Source of the DNA: Candidatus Latescibacterota bacterium
GTDB taxonomy: Bacteria > Latescibacterota > UBA2968 > GCA-2709665
NCBI GenBank assembly: GCA_965226795.1
Contig: CBDDDZ010000004.1
Span: 800,001-864,000, forward strand
Length of the DNA: 64,000 nucleotides
Direction: 5' to 3'
Positions within the stretch are counted from its first letter, which is position 1, and each line of letters opens with the position of its first letter. A program made the position numbers and the translations under genes. This document shows, one piece after another, positions 28,108 to 40,300 of this stretch. The notes below the pieces were generated by a model. The model was not told the DNA's origin and made no database searches. It was given only the letters and a program-made list of their open reading frames with translations.

Positions 28108-31100
28108 TCTCGAAGTCGGGAACATCCACGAAGGAAAGCTCTCCCCGTCCGCCCCGGGTGGTGATCTCGAACAGCGCCCGATCGCGGCCTCCGGTAAGCT
28201 CGTACCCGGTGATGTAGTCCCTGTCGTCCGGATCCGTCCCCACTATGGAAATGGTCCCGGTGAAGTTCTCATCCACGGTCCGGGAATTGTGGAAGATGGA
28301 CGGCGGGCTGTTGGCGGTGACCGTGGTCTCGGTGACGTTCACCGTCACGTCATCGGCGGTTACCCCCGTATAGCCGCCGCTGACGGTGTGGGTGAGGGTG
28401 ACCTCATCGTCATCGGTGTCGGTGTCGGCGGTGGAGCTCACCGTCACGGTTTGCGGCGTATCCCAGTTCTGGTCGGTGAAGGTCAGCGGCGACCGGTTCA
28501 CCGTGACATCGGCGTCCGACGGCACGGTCACCGTCACCGTCACGTCGGCAGTGGGTTGCATGGTCAGCACCACCGTGTAGGTGTCGCTGTCGTCCTCCTC
28601 CATGGTCAGTTCCGTAGGATAGATCTCCACCCCGGATTCGGCGTCGATGACGACCAGCGGTAGGTCATCGGACCGCACCAGCTCGTACCCGTTATCGCTG
28701 GCCGGGAGGGAAGGCAGCGCCACGATATCGATGGTGACCGCCGCCGTGGTCCCGGCGGTGCGGGACACCGACAGGGGATTGCTCTCGACACGCCCTGGGG
28801 GATGGTGATGCTCGTCTCGCCGCTTTCGATATCGCCGTTGGAAAGCCGCAGCGGCAGGACCATATCAAAGGGCGCGCCGGTATGGGCCCTGGCAACGAAC
28901 TGGTCCGTTCCTGCCGAATCCAGTGACACGGTAATCGGCAAGGGGTCAACCGGGTTCCACTGAAGTTGGAGCGTGGAAAGCGCCGTCAGCCCCTCGAAAG
29001 CGCTGTCCGGCAGTGACGACAGGTCCCATTGTCTCAGGTCCAGCGATCTCAGTTCCGTCAGTGCGGAAAAGACGGTTGACGGTAATGTGGCAAGGGCGTT
29101 GTTGTAGCCCAAGTCGAGAAACTCGAGCGCGGTCAGCCCGGAGAAGAGGTTGGCGGGCACGGAGGTGAGATCCATGCTACCCAGGTCGAGATGGGTCAGC
29201 GCCGTCAGGCCGGAGAACAGGTCGGCTTCGAGGCTGCCGCTGCCCATCTGGTTGCGGCTCATGTTGAGGTGTTCCAGCGACGACAACCCGGAGAACACGG
29301 TCGCCGGAAAGCTGGTGAGCCGCGCATACTCCAGGTCGAGGTGTTTTAGCCCGGGCAAGTTGGAGAAGACGTCCGCCGGAAAGCTGGTAATTCGGGTATT
29401 GCCAAGGTCGAGGTGTTCGAGCGTCGACAACCCGGTGAACTCGTCGGCCGCCAAGTCGCCCAGGAGGCTGTATTGAAGGATGAGTTCGTCCAGTGCCGTC
29501 AGATCGGAGAAACCGTTCGCCGGCAGGCTGTTGATTGTGGCACTCAGCAAATCGAGATGGGTCAGCGCGGTCAACCCGGTAAACAGGCTGTCGTCGAAGC
29601 TGCCGAGACGGCTGAAGGACAGATCGAGAGATAACAGCGCGGTCAATCCGGAAAACGTGTTCGCCCCAAGGCTGGAGAGGTTGTTCTGCCTGAGACTGAG
29701 TTTTTCCAGCGCCGACAGGTCGGAGAAGATATCCGCCAGCAGGCTGCTGATATTGTTGTCTGACAGATAGAGTTCTTCCAGTGCCGACAGTCCGGAAAAG
29801 TCATCGGCTTTCAGCGTGGAGATGCTTTCGTCAGACAGGGAGAGGCGCGTGATCGCGGCAAGATGGTCAGCGGTTACATCGCCGCACGCGCTGACCCCTG
29901 CAGCATCCACGATTGCGTTGCGCACCTTCACGGTGCGGTTGCAGACGTTCCTGAGGTTCGTCACCGACAGGTTGCTAAGGGCGCCGGCGGGATTGAGCGC
30001 CCGGTCACGGATCGGGTTGGTCCCCGGCGTGTACGCCAGCGCCACCGTCTCGCCCGTGTTCACGGCCGAGGCCAGGGTGAGCGTCACCACGGTGCTGCTC
30101 ACCCCCACCGCCGTAACGTTTCGCGCCTCGCTGTCTACGGTGACGGTAAAGTCGCCGTTCGCAGGTCTCGAACCGCTGTCGAGCACCTCTTCGTAGGTCA
30201 GCGTCAGCCGGGTGCCATTGACGCCCGCTTCAGAGGGCGGGGGCTTTTCCATCGACCTTGTGGCTGGACTGGTTGGCGCGTGCAGCGTGCGCCAGGTCGG
30301 CATTTATTGTGGAATTGCTCCTGACGATGCGCCCGCTGTTGAGCTTGAGGCCGTTGGCATTGATGGTCGCGCCATTGGTGTCTTCGTCGGTGTCCGCCAC
30401 CGTGTACTGGAACAGTAGCCGGGCCGTTGTCGTGCCGCTCTTGTAGTCCGCCTTCCGCTCGGTGGAACCGAAGGTCAGGTCCATCTGCGGCGTGCCGGTA
30501 ACGGTCACCGCTTCGCTGAAGGTGACGTCGATGACGTCGTCTTTCTTGTAGGTATTGTTCTGTCCCGACGGCGGAGTGGAGGTAAAGGCAACGCTGGAGA
30601 CCGTGGGGGCGGTGTGCGTGGTCCCGCTGCCCGTATTGGACCAGGGTCCCTTGCCTTCATCGTTCTTCGCCTGCACCTGGAACTGGTACGTCCTGCCCGC
30701 GCGGAGGCTGCTGAGAACCCGGGTACGCGTCACGCTGCTGTCCGGAGAGGCGGTGTATGACCCGCTGTCGCGGTATTGCAGGAAGTAGTTCGTGATATCC
30801 GGACCGGTATTTGTCGGCGCGTCCCACCGCACCGTCAGGCTGCTCTCCGTCGTGTCGCTCACCACCGGAGGGTTGGGCTTGCCCGGTGGCTCGACGGCGT
30901 CCTCGATGGTGACGGTGATGGTCTGCGCCGCCGTCAGCGCCCGGGTGTCCGCCCCGCCCGTCACCTCCACCTGGACGGTGTATTCGTTGTCGCTGCCCGC
31001 ATCCGCCGGCCGTTCGAAGTCAGGGTCATCCTTGAAGTGCAACTCCCTGGTATTCGCAATCTCGAAGTCGTCCCGGTCCGCACCGCCCGTGACCGCGTAT

Positions 31101-34100
31101 CCCGGATGCTGTCGTCCCTGTCCACGTCCTGCGCGGCCAGCCGCCCTGCCCTCAGGACGTTTTCCACAACCATGAACGTATCCACGCTGGTGAAGTGGGG
31201 GGGTTCGTTCTCGTCCGTGACATTGACGGTAACCGTCTGCTCGGCGGTGAGCGCCCTGCCTCCCGTACCCCCCGGTAGCCGTGACCTCCACGACGTAGCT
31301 GTTGTTGCTGCCAGCATCCGTGGGACTCTCAAAGTCCGGGTCATCCTTGAACGTCAACACGCCCGAGTTGCTGATTTCGAGCCTGCCGCGGTCGCTGCCG
31401 CCGGTCAGGGTGTAGTCCGTGATGGCATCGCCCTGGTCCAGGTCGTCGGCACTGACACTGCCGGCGAAGGACTGGTTCTCCGCCGCCTCCAGCGTCTCCT
31501 CGCCGGTGAACACGGGCACCTCGTTCAGATCCGTCAGGTCGATGGACACCGGGATGGTGCTCTGTCCGTCGTGGCCGTCGGTGGCCTTCACGTTCACCGA
31601 ATAGCGGGAGAGGGCCTCGAAGTCGTAGGTCCTGCCCGATCGGGTCTTGAGCTGCCCGCTACGCGTGTCGATCGAGAAGGAGTCCGCGTGCGTGCCTTCC
31701 AGCGCGTAGGTCAACGTGGTCTTCTCGGCGTCGGTCGCACTGACTGGATCGCCGATGTCCTTCACGCCCGTCGTGTTCTCCGCCAGGGTGCGTGTCGCGC
31801 CGGACCCGTCAGTGAATGTTGGCAACTGATTGGGATCGGTGCTTCCCGTGCCCGATTCCGACCAGTCGCTCGCGCCTTCGTCGTTGCGCGCCAGCACCTG
31901 CACCTGGTGGGTGGTGTCCGGCGTCAGGCCCGTGATTGCGGTCGTACGTTCCGCGCTGTTGAACCGCCAGGATGTGAATCCGCCGGTGTCTCCTTCCCGG
32001 TACTGCACGTCGTAGTCGGTGATGTCGGGGCCTGTGTTTGTGGGCTCCTCCCACGTCACATCCAGGCTGGTGGACGAGGACGCCTGGACGCCGGGCGCGT
32101 CCGGGATACCGGGCTTTTCCTGCTGGTCCGTCAGGTTGATCGTGACCGCAATGGTGTTGCTGCCGCCCTGCCCGTCTTCGACGCGCACGATGACGTTGTA
32201 GCGAGACTTTGCCTCAAAGTCGTAGCTCTGCCCGGACAGCGTCTGAAGCTGCGCGTCGTCCAGCGCGAAGGAAGCCCGGTCCGTGCCTTCGAGGTCGTAA
32301 CTTAGCGTGCCGCCGTCGGTATCCCTCGCGGTGAGCGGGTTGCCGATATCGTTTGTGCCCGTGGTATTCTCTGCCAGAGAGCGCGTGGTGCTCGTACCCT
32401 CGTTGAAGGTGGGCGCCCGGTTGGCGACGGTCCTGGCGTCGGCGGACTCAGACCAGTCGCTTTCTCCTTCGGGAGAGCGCGCCAGCACCTGCACCCGGTA
32501 GGGCGTGTTGGCATTCAGGCCGGTGATCGTGGTGGTCGTCCCTGGCCCGGTGTGCGGCCAGTCGGTGAAGGCGCCGCCGTCCTCGCTATACTGCACGTCG
32601 TAGTCGTTGATGGCCGGACCGGTGTTGGCAGGGGCCGTCCATCGAATGGACAGGCTGTTCAGCGTTTGTGCCGTGACCGTGGGCCTGCCGGACGCCTCCG
32701 GTTCCTCGGTGTCGTCGTCGATCACGTTTATGGTCACGGTGATGCTGGCGGTTTCGCCCTGTTCGTCGTGCGCTTCCACCGTCACGGAATAGCGGTCTTT
32801 CGTCTCGAAGTCGTAGGTGACGCCCGTCGCGGTCTGCAGTTGACCGGTATTGGTGTCGACGTCAAAACTCTCCGTGTCGCCGCGGGAGAGGCTGTACGTC
32901 ACCGTGGTGTTTTCCGGGTCGGATGCCCGTAGCGGGACGCCGAGGTCGGTTGTACCGGTCGTATTCTCTGCCACCTCGCGCGTGGCGCTGCCACCCTCGT
33001 CGAATACCGGCGGCAGATTGGAACTGGTGGTCCCGAAGCCGGAGCGGGAATATAGGGAGGTTCCTTCGTCGTTGGTTGCCCGCACCTGCACCTCGTAGCG
33101 GGTGTTGACGTCGAGTTCGATGATCGTCGCGCTCGTACCCGGCCCATCGTGGGTATGGGGAATGAAGTTGCCGTTCTTCCGGTATTGCACGTCGTAGTCG
33201 GTGATATCCGGACCGGTATTGTCCGGCGCATCCCACGTGACCGTCAGGCTGGTGGTGGAGGCGGGCTGTACCAGAGGCGCGGCGGGAATCTCCGGCGGTT
33301 CGTTCACGTCGGCCACGTGGATGGTGACGCCGATCGTGGCCGATTCGCCGTAGGGGTCGTCGGCTTCCAGGTCAACGGAATACCGGTCGTTATCCTCGAA
33401 GTCGTACGCGACCCCAGACAGGGTACGCAACTGCCCGCTGCCGGTGTCCACGGAAAAACTGGCGGAGTCCGGCCCCGAGAGTCTGTACGTCATACGGTGT
33501 CCGTCCGGGTCCGTGGCGTTTACCGGATGCTGGATGGGACGGCGTGCGGGCGTGTTCTCCGCCACGGTGCGCACCGTGTTTGTCCCGTCGTCGAAGGTCG
33601 GCGGCCGGTTGTCTTGCGGCGGCGGGGGTGGCGGTGGCGGCGGCGGAGGGATGAACGGCCCGCCGGGACCACCTGTACCAGGCGGCGGGGATGGGGGTGT
33701 CGTGACGACAACGGCGAAGGTCGTCTGTGCACTGTTTCCATACGCGTTGCTGGCCGTGGCGGTGATGGTCGCGCGCCCCGTGGCCACGCCGCGCACCGTC
33801 GCCAACGTATCCGCGACGGTGACCGTGGCAACCCCCTCGTGGGACGACGTGGCGCCATACGTCAGCGCCCCCAGCGCCGGACGCGTAAACAGGCTGGCGA
33901 GGTTCACCCGCAGGTCGCGGTCTACGTACACCGTCTGGTCGCCGATGACGCCCAGGGGTCGCGGATCCACCGTAGGCGCGCCAACAACGGGCTCCGACCA
34001 GGGACTCTCGCCCTCGTCGTTCAGTGTGCGCACGCGCACCTGATACGTTTGTTCGTTGGTCAGTCCGGAAATCGTGATGCTGGTATCCGTGCGGCTGTCC

Positions 34101-35364
34101 AGCAACAGCCCCTCCAGCCAATCCTCGCTGTCTGCCGCCCGATGCCCAACCTCGTATCCGCTTACTGGGGGCTTTCCCGCCTCGTCCGGCGCCTCGTTCC
34201 AGGTCATGGTCAATGCGGTGTCGTGCGGGGCCACCGCCACGCTGGCAGGCGGCGCGCCGGGGGGTTCGTCCACGTCCGTGACGGCGACGTCCACCACGAC
34301 GGTGGCGCGGCCCCCCTGACCGTCACTGGCGCGCACGGTGACGGAATACGCGTCCCTGGCTTCGTAATCGTACGCTGCCCCCTCCCTTGTGAGAAGCTGA
34401 CCCGTTCCCGATTCTATTGTAAAGCTGTCCGCGTGCACGCCACGCAGGCGGTACGTGAGAGAGTCGCCGTCGGCGTCCGTGGCCGACACGGGGTTCCCGA
34501 TGGGCTCGCCGGCTGCCGTATTCTCTTCCACCGAGCGCGTCACCGGCGGTGTGGCGCCGAAAGCGGGTGCGCGGTTGGCCTCTTCGCCGAAGCTGCTGGC
34601 AAAGATCACGAAGTCGTCGAAGCCGATGCCGCCGTCGTTGTTGAGGTCGAACTCCGCCACGTACTTACTATCGCCCCGTTGCGCCCCGAAGACGCCGGCA
34701 AAGGCCACAAAGTCGGAAAACCCTACAAGCCCGTTGCCGTCGAAGTCCGGAGAAGGCGGTGCGGCCACCTGCAGCGCCACGCCAATGGCAGAAGAGATCG
34801 TCTCGGTCTGCCCGCCACGGGCAAGTTCCGCGTCGACAAGCCAGATCTCTGTATCAGAGAATGCAGCCGTCGTACGCAATCGCACCGTGCCGACCAGGCC
34901 GGTGTTCACCGTTGCTGATCCACTCAACGACGAAACGCCAACGCTGAAGGAAGTGGAATCCTGCTGTAGGTTAGCATGGGCGTTCGGCAACGCCTCGCCG
35001 GGATCGAAGCCATCGAACGCAATCTGGCCCGGATCGTATCCGAAGCGCGCGGAAATGCCCTGGGCGTTCTGAATATCCGAGGCGAAAATCTGGACGGAGA
35101 CAGGCTGATCGGGCAGGAGGTCGATCGAGGACACGGACTGGTCGCCAGCGGCATCGTTCAGGTCCAGCGTAAGGGAAAACCCGCTTGGTTGCGTGGACGG
35201 CGACCGCGGGAGCGCGAACAACACCAGGCAAAGCACACCCGCGGCGCCGAGGGTGAAAGACCCAATGCTTATTCGCGAACGACAAAGTACACCGAAAAAG
35301 GCCACGAAAACCTCGGAAAACTGCGAAATCCCGAAATTCGTGTGTTTCTGATAAATGCTCGCAG
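28108..35364 (-). pseudogene. Giant surface protein B: cohesin-like, EF-hand/dockerin-like, cadherin/FN3 repeats, poly-Pro linker, LRR array, Ig-like domains; several frameshifts
   Basis: Track ORFs 30230..35377, 28606..30303 and 27635..28768 join through indels at ~31270, ~31105, ~30232 and ~28790; 24-aa LRRs (LxxLxLxxNxLxxLxxxxFxGL). Confidence 0.85.
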
Positions 35365-36792
35365 CATTGCTGTCCAAGAACCGTGGGATAATGAGACATC
35401 AGGATCGTAAAGTGGCTTAAATCGGCGATTTTGTAGTGGTTTGACCCGAACAATGCGAACCAGGTTGCCAAAGCGTGAGTATCTGCTGTCCAAGAAATCA
35501 GAGACGTAATTTGAGTTGTACAGGGACAGGGTGTTGGGGCGGTGTATGAAACGGATTATTGATCCAGGTCCACAAATCACGATAGGTGAAGAGGTTCCAT
35601 CTCAACAAGGCGACGAGATTGGACAGTGCCCAATTGAGGCGTGAGCGCAGTTGCAGGTATTTGAGCAATAGCATCGCGATCAATGCTGTCCAAATTTGAA
35701 TCTTGAGGGCGTTGGCGGAAGTGCCCACGAAGGTCTTGACCTTGAGATTTTGTTTCAACGCTTTGAAGAAGAGTTCAATTTGCCACCGGTCTTTATAGAT
35801 GCGTGCAATGGTGGTGGGTCCGAAGTGCAGATGGTTGGTCAGAAACGTGAGGGTCTTGTCGGATGCGCTGTCGTGATAAGTGATGCGTCTGAGGCGATGA
35901 GGACAGGCGCGTTTGGCTTGCGGTCCGGTGAATCGGATGATTTCGTCGGATAAGATGCCCCCCTTTTGTGGCGTCTTGCGCGTCTGTACGACCTCATAAG
36001 CGGCATTGGACTTTTGCCGGGTCAAAAAATAGACGCCTTCTTCACTCCGGTGCGAGAAGAGGCTGTAATCGGTGAAGCCGCGGTCGACCACGACGATGCT
36101 TCCTTGTGGAAAGCGCAACGTCTGTGCGACATTGACCTCGTGCACGTCTCCTGGCGTGATTTGAGCGAAAACGGGCAGGTAGCCGTCGTGGTCAAGCAAC
36201 AGATGCAACTTCACCGCTCCTTTGGTCTGACGGAATTTTGCCCAGTCAAAAAGGCTGACACACAGGTCGATCACCGAAGCGTCCAGCGACAGCAGTTTGT
36301 TGCGAAATCGAAATTTCCGCCTGCCTCCTGCACGGGCAACCTGTGCGGAATGATCCAGACGGCATTTCTCCAACAACTGGTAGAACACACGCTCAAACAA
36401 CTGCCAGGGCCGGTGCTTGTTGGCATACGATAGCGTGGACCGCTTCGGCGCCTCCCGAACCCCCACATGGATCAACTTGCCCAGACAACACGAAAGCCCA
36501 TCACAGATCTCACGTAACGAGTGCGCTTGCGCCAACTGGCAGAACAGCATCGCCACAAACTGTTCCCAGCAGGTGAACCCTTTACTGTACCGCTCTGCCT
36601 GATGCGCTTTCACCGCATGCTGAAACTGGTTGCGAGGGATTAAATCTAACAGTTGACTGAAAAAACTGGCTGTACGTACCATACACCTATCCTCCGGGAT
36701 GCGCTTCATGGATTCTTGTTTTACTCTTCTACTTCCATGATCGCATACTCGGAGGAATTATTACTTTTCAAAACCGTTTTTGGACAGGTGTG
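35365..36792 (-). mobile_element. IS4-family insertion sequence
   Basis: Imperfect IRs CATTGCTGTCCAAGAA (35365) and TTTTTGGACAGGTGTG (ending 36792), 12/16 match; internal copy of the IR core at 35481..35496; flanks tgctcgcag / tgctggcag. Confidence 0.8.
35498..36682 (-). CDS. IS4-family transposase (DUF4372 + DDE_Tnp_1)
   Basis: FSQLL...QFVAMLFCQL...SLREI; LDAS, VDRGF, YKDRWQIELFFKALKQ. Confidence 0.95.
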   Translation of the reverse strand: MVRTASFFSQLLDLIPRNQFQHAVKAHQAERYSKGFTCWEQFVAMLFCQLAQAHSLREICDGLSCCLGKLIHVGVREAPKRSTLSYANKHRPWQLFERVFYQLLEKCRLDHSAQVARAGGRRKFRFRNKLLSLDASVIDLCVSLFDWAKFRQTKGAVKLHLLLDHDGYLPVFAQITPGDVHEVNVAQTLRFPQGSIVVVDRGFTDYSLFSHRSEEGVYFLTRQKSNAAYEVVQTRKTPQKGGILSDEIIRFTGPQAKRACPHRLRRITYHDSASDKTLTFLTNHLHFGPTTIARIYKDRWQIELFFKALKQNLKVKTFVGTSANALKIQIWTALIAMLLLKYLQLRSRLNWALSNLVALLRWNLFTYRDLWTWINNPFHTPPQHPVPVQLKLRL

Positions 36793-37390
36793 TGCTGGCA
36801 GGACATTGACATGCGCCAAGATACGTTCCCGGATACATTTGTGCCAATGTTTATCAGAATCCGAATGTGGGACACCTGGCGAAAAATCAGCCCATAGACC
36901 GTGTTGAATGGTCGTTGTCGACCACAGCGTCCCGGCGGCAATCGCCTTCGTGCCCGAAAAATAGGTACCCGGGGCGGGATCGATGGGGGTTTGGAATGGA
37001 GTGAGGGAGGGGTTCTTCAACAGGTCGAGATTTATCCATGGCGCGGATCCGCATCCCAGAGCGTGGCCCATCTCGCGCAGAAAGACGGCATCAATCAAGC
37101 TGCCCGAGTACACGCTCAGGTAGCCCGGGTCAGATTCGATTATGCATGCATACGTCAGCGAGAAAGGGTCCTGGCTTCGTATGTGCGTCGTACCTGCGAT
37201 GCCGCCGAACTAGTCGCGCTGCCGGCTGAACCGGGATCCACAAGGATCTCAGTACCGATCACATGAAAGGAAGCGGCGGCCGTATTTCCGGACAACGCCG
37301 TATACGTCAGCAGGTCCCTTTCTGGCTGCTGAACACGCCGCCTGCGGACACGATCTCGACGGCACCGTCCCACCGTCCTCGAACACCTGA
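36793..37390 (-). pseudogene. Degraded Ig-like plus leishmanolysin(M8)-like metallopeptidase fragment
   Basis: DLLTYTALSGNTAAASF; VFLREMGHALG (HExGH with H to R), YFSGTKAIAA, SDKHW. Confidence 0.55.
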
Positions 37391-40300
37391 CTAAAGCTCG
37401 TTCACGACAATTTCATTGTCCGTGCCGCCAATAACCTCGTACTTCATCGGCGCATTCAATGCTCCACTTGCGTTCAGGGTGATCTTCCCCTGCCCCGAGG
37501 TTTGCACGCGGATTCCGATCCTGGCGGCCGTGATACTCCCGGTGTGGGTAATCGTGATATCCCCGCCCTGGCTCACCACGTCGATACCTATGCTGGGAGC
37601 TTCGGTGGCGCCCTCAGGGGCGCCGATGTCGCCGCTGTTCCAGACCACGACGTCGCCTATACGGTAGACGTTCTTACAAACGATGTCCGGGTCCACCGGA
37701 TCGCCTGCCGCCGTCTCACATCCCGGTCCAGGAACATCCCCACCCATCCCAGCAATTGATATTCCCGCCGAGTACGAAGATTCCGCATTCGTCGAGTACT
37801 TGTTCGTCGCCAAGATATTCCCGGTGTTGAATACCTTGATCTCGCCGCCGCGGTAATGCTCGGCGCGAATACCGTGGGCCGCCTCGCCGTCCGTGCTGAT
37901 CGTACCGGTATTTTCCACATGAACGCCATCGTGCTCCGATGTGTCCGGGGAGTCTGGAATGTCGGGGTACGAAGTGTCATCGAGATCTCTGTCGTTATCG
38001 TATCCGTAAGCATATATGCCGTGGCTCCATTTTCCCTCCGTATCGATCGTCCCCTGGTTGATCGCGAAGACCCGGCCGGACATCGAACTCCTGGCGATGA
38101 TTCCATATCCGTGGCGGTGTCTCCGTGTGTCGTCCGTGCGTGTCGTCGCCCTCGTGGTGATGGAGGCGTCACTGTAGTTCCTCGCGTAGACATCGCCCGG
38201 CACGTTGCTGGTCCGGTCGGGGACGATCTCATCCAGGTTCCCGTGGCAACCGTTGTTCTCGAACGGCCACGGCGCGCAGTTCCCCGTGTGCAGGCCTATC
38301 GCGTACAGACCGTTGATTTCGATTGAGCCGAAGTTGAGACCCTGTGACGCTCCCCAGAGACTCTGAGCCGAGATCCCGCGCGCGCCCTCTCCTTCAATCC
38401 GGATCTGGCCTTCCGCATAGTTGACCAGTCGTGTGAGATGTCCGCTTCCAGTCTCGCACTTAAGACCGTCAACTCGCTTGTTGTAGGGACCGGTAGCAAT
38501 GAGTTGGCCGCCGGGCATGTTGAACAACTCGACCTTGTGGCTGTAGTTCGAGAAGTCATGGGGCTCCGCCGCCTTGTTGAGGCCCCCGACCACAAGACGA
38601 TGGTTGGATTGAGCCGAGTCCGGCGCGGTGGTGAGGCCGTTCAGTGTGATTTCTCCGTCGTTCACGAGGAGTATGTTGGCGGGGGAGGCCTTCATCACCG
38701 CGCGGATGCCGATGCCCGCGCTATCGAGAGTTACGGAGCCTTGGTTCAGGATCCAAAGGTTCCCGGTGTTGCCTTCCGTTGTGATGTTGGCCGCGACGCT
38801 TCCTCTTGCAGTTACCTCGGCGCTGTCGCCGATCGTGATCGCGTGGTACTCGGAACCCGCGTTCTTGTTGGTGATGTTGATCCCTGCAGTACCGGTTGCC
38901 GGCTCGAGCGTTCCGTCGTCGTATTCGACGTGGGTGCGGTTATGATCGCCGGGATCGAGCGTACTGGTGTGGTCGCCACTATAGGCGTGAGTCACCGGTT
39001 GACCGAAGCGATGGTCCTCATCCGGAGCCGCCGTGAAGACCGGAGTCGAGGAAGGAACAATCGACGCGGGGAGGATCGTGCCGTAGACCTGATCGGACCA
39101 TGGGCCCTTCCCTTCGTCGTTCTCCGCCTGCACCTGAATCCGGCAGATCCTGCCCGAGCTCAAGCCGGTGATCGTGCGAGACCGGGTGGGACCGGTCTCG
39201 TGCCAATTGCTGAAGGCGCCGCTGGCGCCTTCCCTGTACTGCACGTAATAGTTCGTGATGTCGGGACCTTGGTTTTCTGGCGCATCCCAGCTCACGGTCA
39301 GGCTGCTCTCCGTCTCGCCGCTCACCGTGGGCGGGTCGGGCTTGCCCGGCGGTTCGACGTCATCCTTCACGAGGACGACGACCGTCTTGGTGCCCGGCAT
39401 TTCGCGGGTGCCGCTGCCGCCGGTCGCCTCCACCACCACGCTGTAGTCGTTGTTGCTCCCTGCATCCGCGGGAGTCTCAAAGTCGGGATCCTCCTTAAAA
39501 CGCAGCTGGTTCGTGCTCGCGATCTCGAACAGGTCCCCGTCTGCGGCGCCGGTGACAGCGTATCCGGTAATGGCATCACCGGCATCGACGTCCTGGGCCA
39601 CCATTAGTCCGGCGAACCGGGTGTTCTCGGTGACCTTGAAGGTGTCTTCAATGGTGAAAACCGGCGGCTCGTTCTCGTCCGTGACATTGACGGTAACGGT
39701 CTGCGCGGCGGTTAGTGCGCGACCGCCGGAACCGCCGGTGGCGGTGACCTCCACGACGTAGCTGTTGTTGCTTCCCGCGTCCACGGGACGCTCGAAGTCG
39801 GGGTCATCCCTGAACGTCAGCGCGCCGGTGTTGCTGATTTCGAGCCTGCTGCGGTCGCTGCCGCCGGTCAGGGTGTAGTCTGTGATGGCATCGCCCTGGT
39901 CCAGGTCGTCGGCACTGACCCTGCCGGCGAAGGACTGGTTCTCCGTCGCCTCGAGCGTCGGCTCGCCGGTGAACACGGGCGCCTCGTTCAGATCGGTCAG
40001 ATCGATGGACACGGGGATGTTGCCCTCGCCGCCGTGGCCGTCGGTGGCTTTGACATTGACCGAATAGCGCGACAAGGCCTCAAAGTCGTAGGTCCTGCCT
40101 GATCTGGTTTTAAGCTGACCGCTACGCGTGTCTATCGAGAAGGAGTCCGCGTGCGTGCCTTCAAGGGCGTACGTCAGCGGGGTCATCTCGGGGTCCGTGG
40201 CGCCCACCGGATCGCCTATGTCCTTCACGCCCGTGGTGTTCTCCGCCACGGTGCGTGTCGCGCCGAGCCCGTCAGTGAATGTTGGCAACTGATTGGGATC

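Noticed and set aside
27635..28768. Functional cadherin-HisG fusion enzyme
   Set aside because: Lacks the N-terminal half of HisG and sits at the end of a multiply frameshifted gene; best read as a junction product
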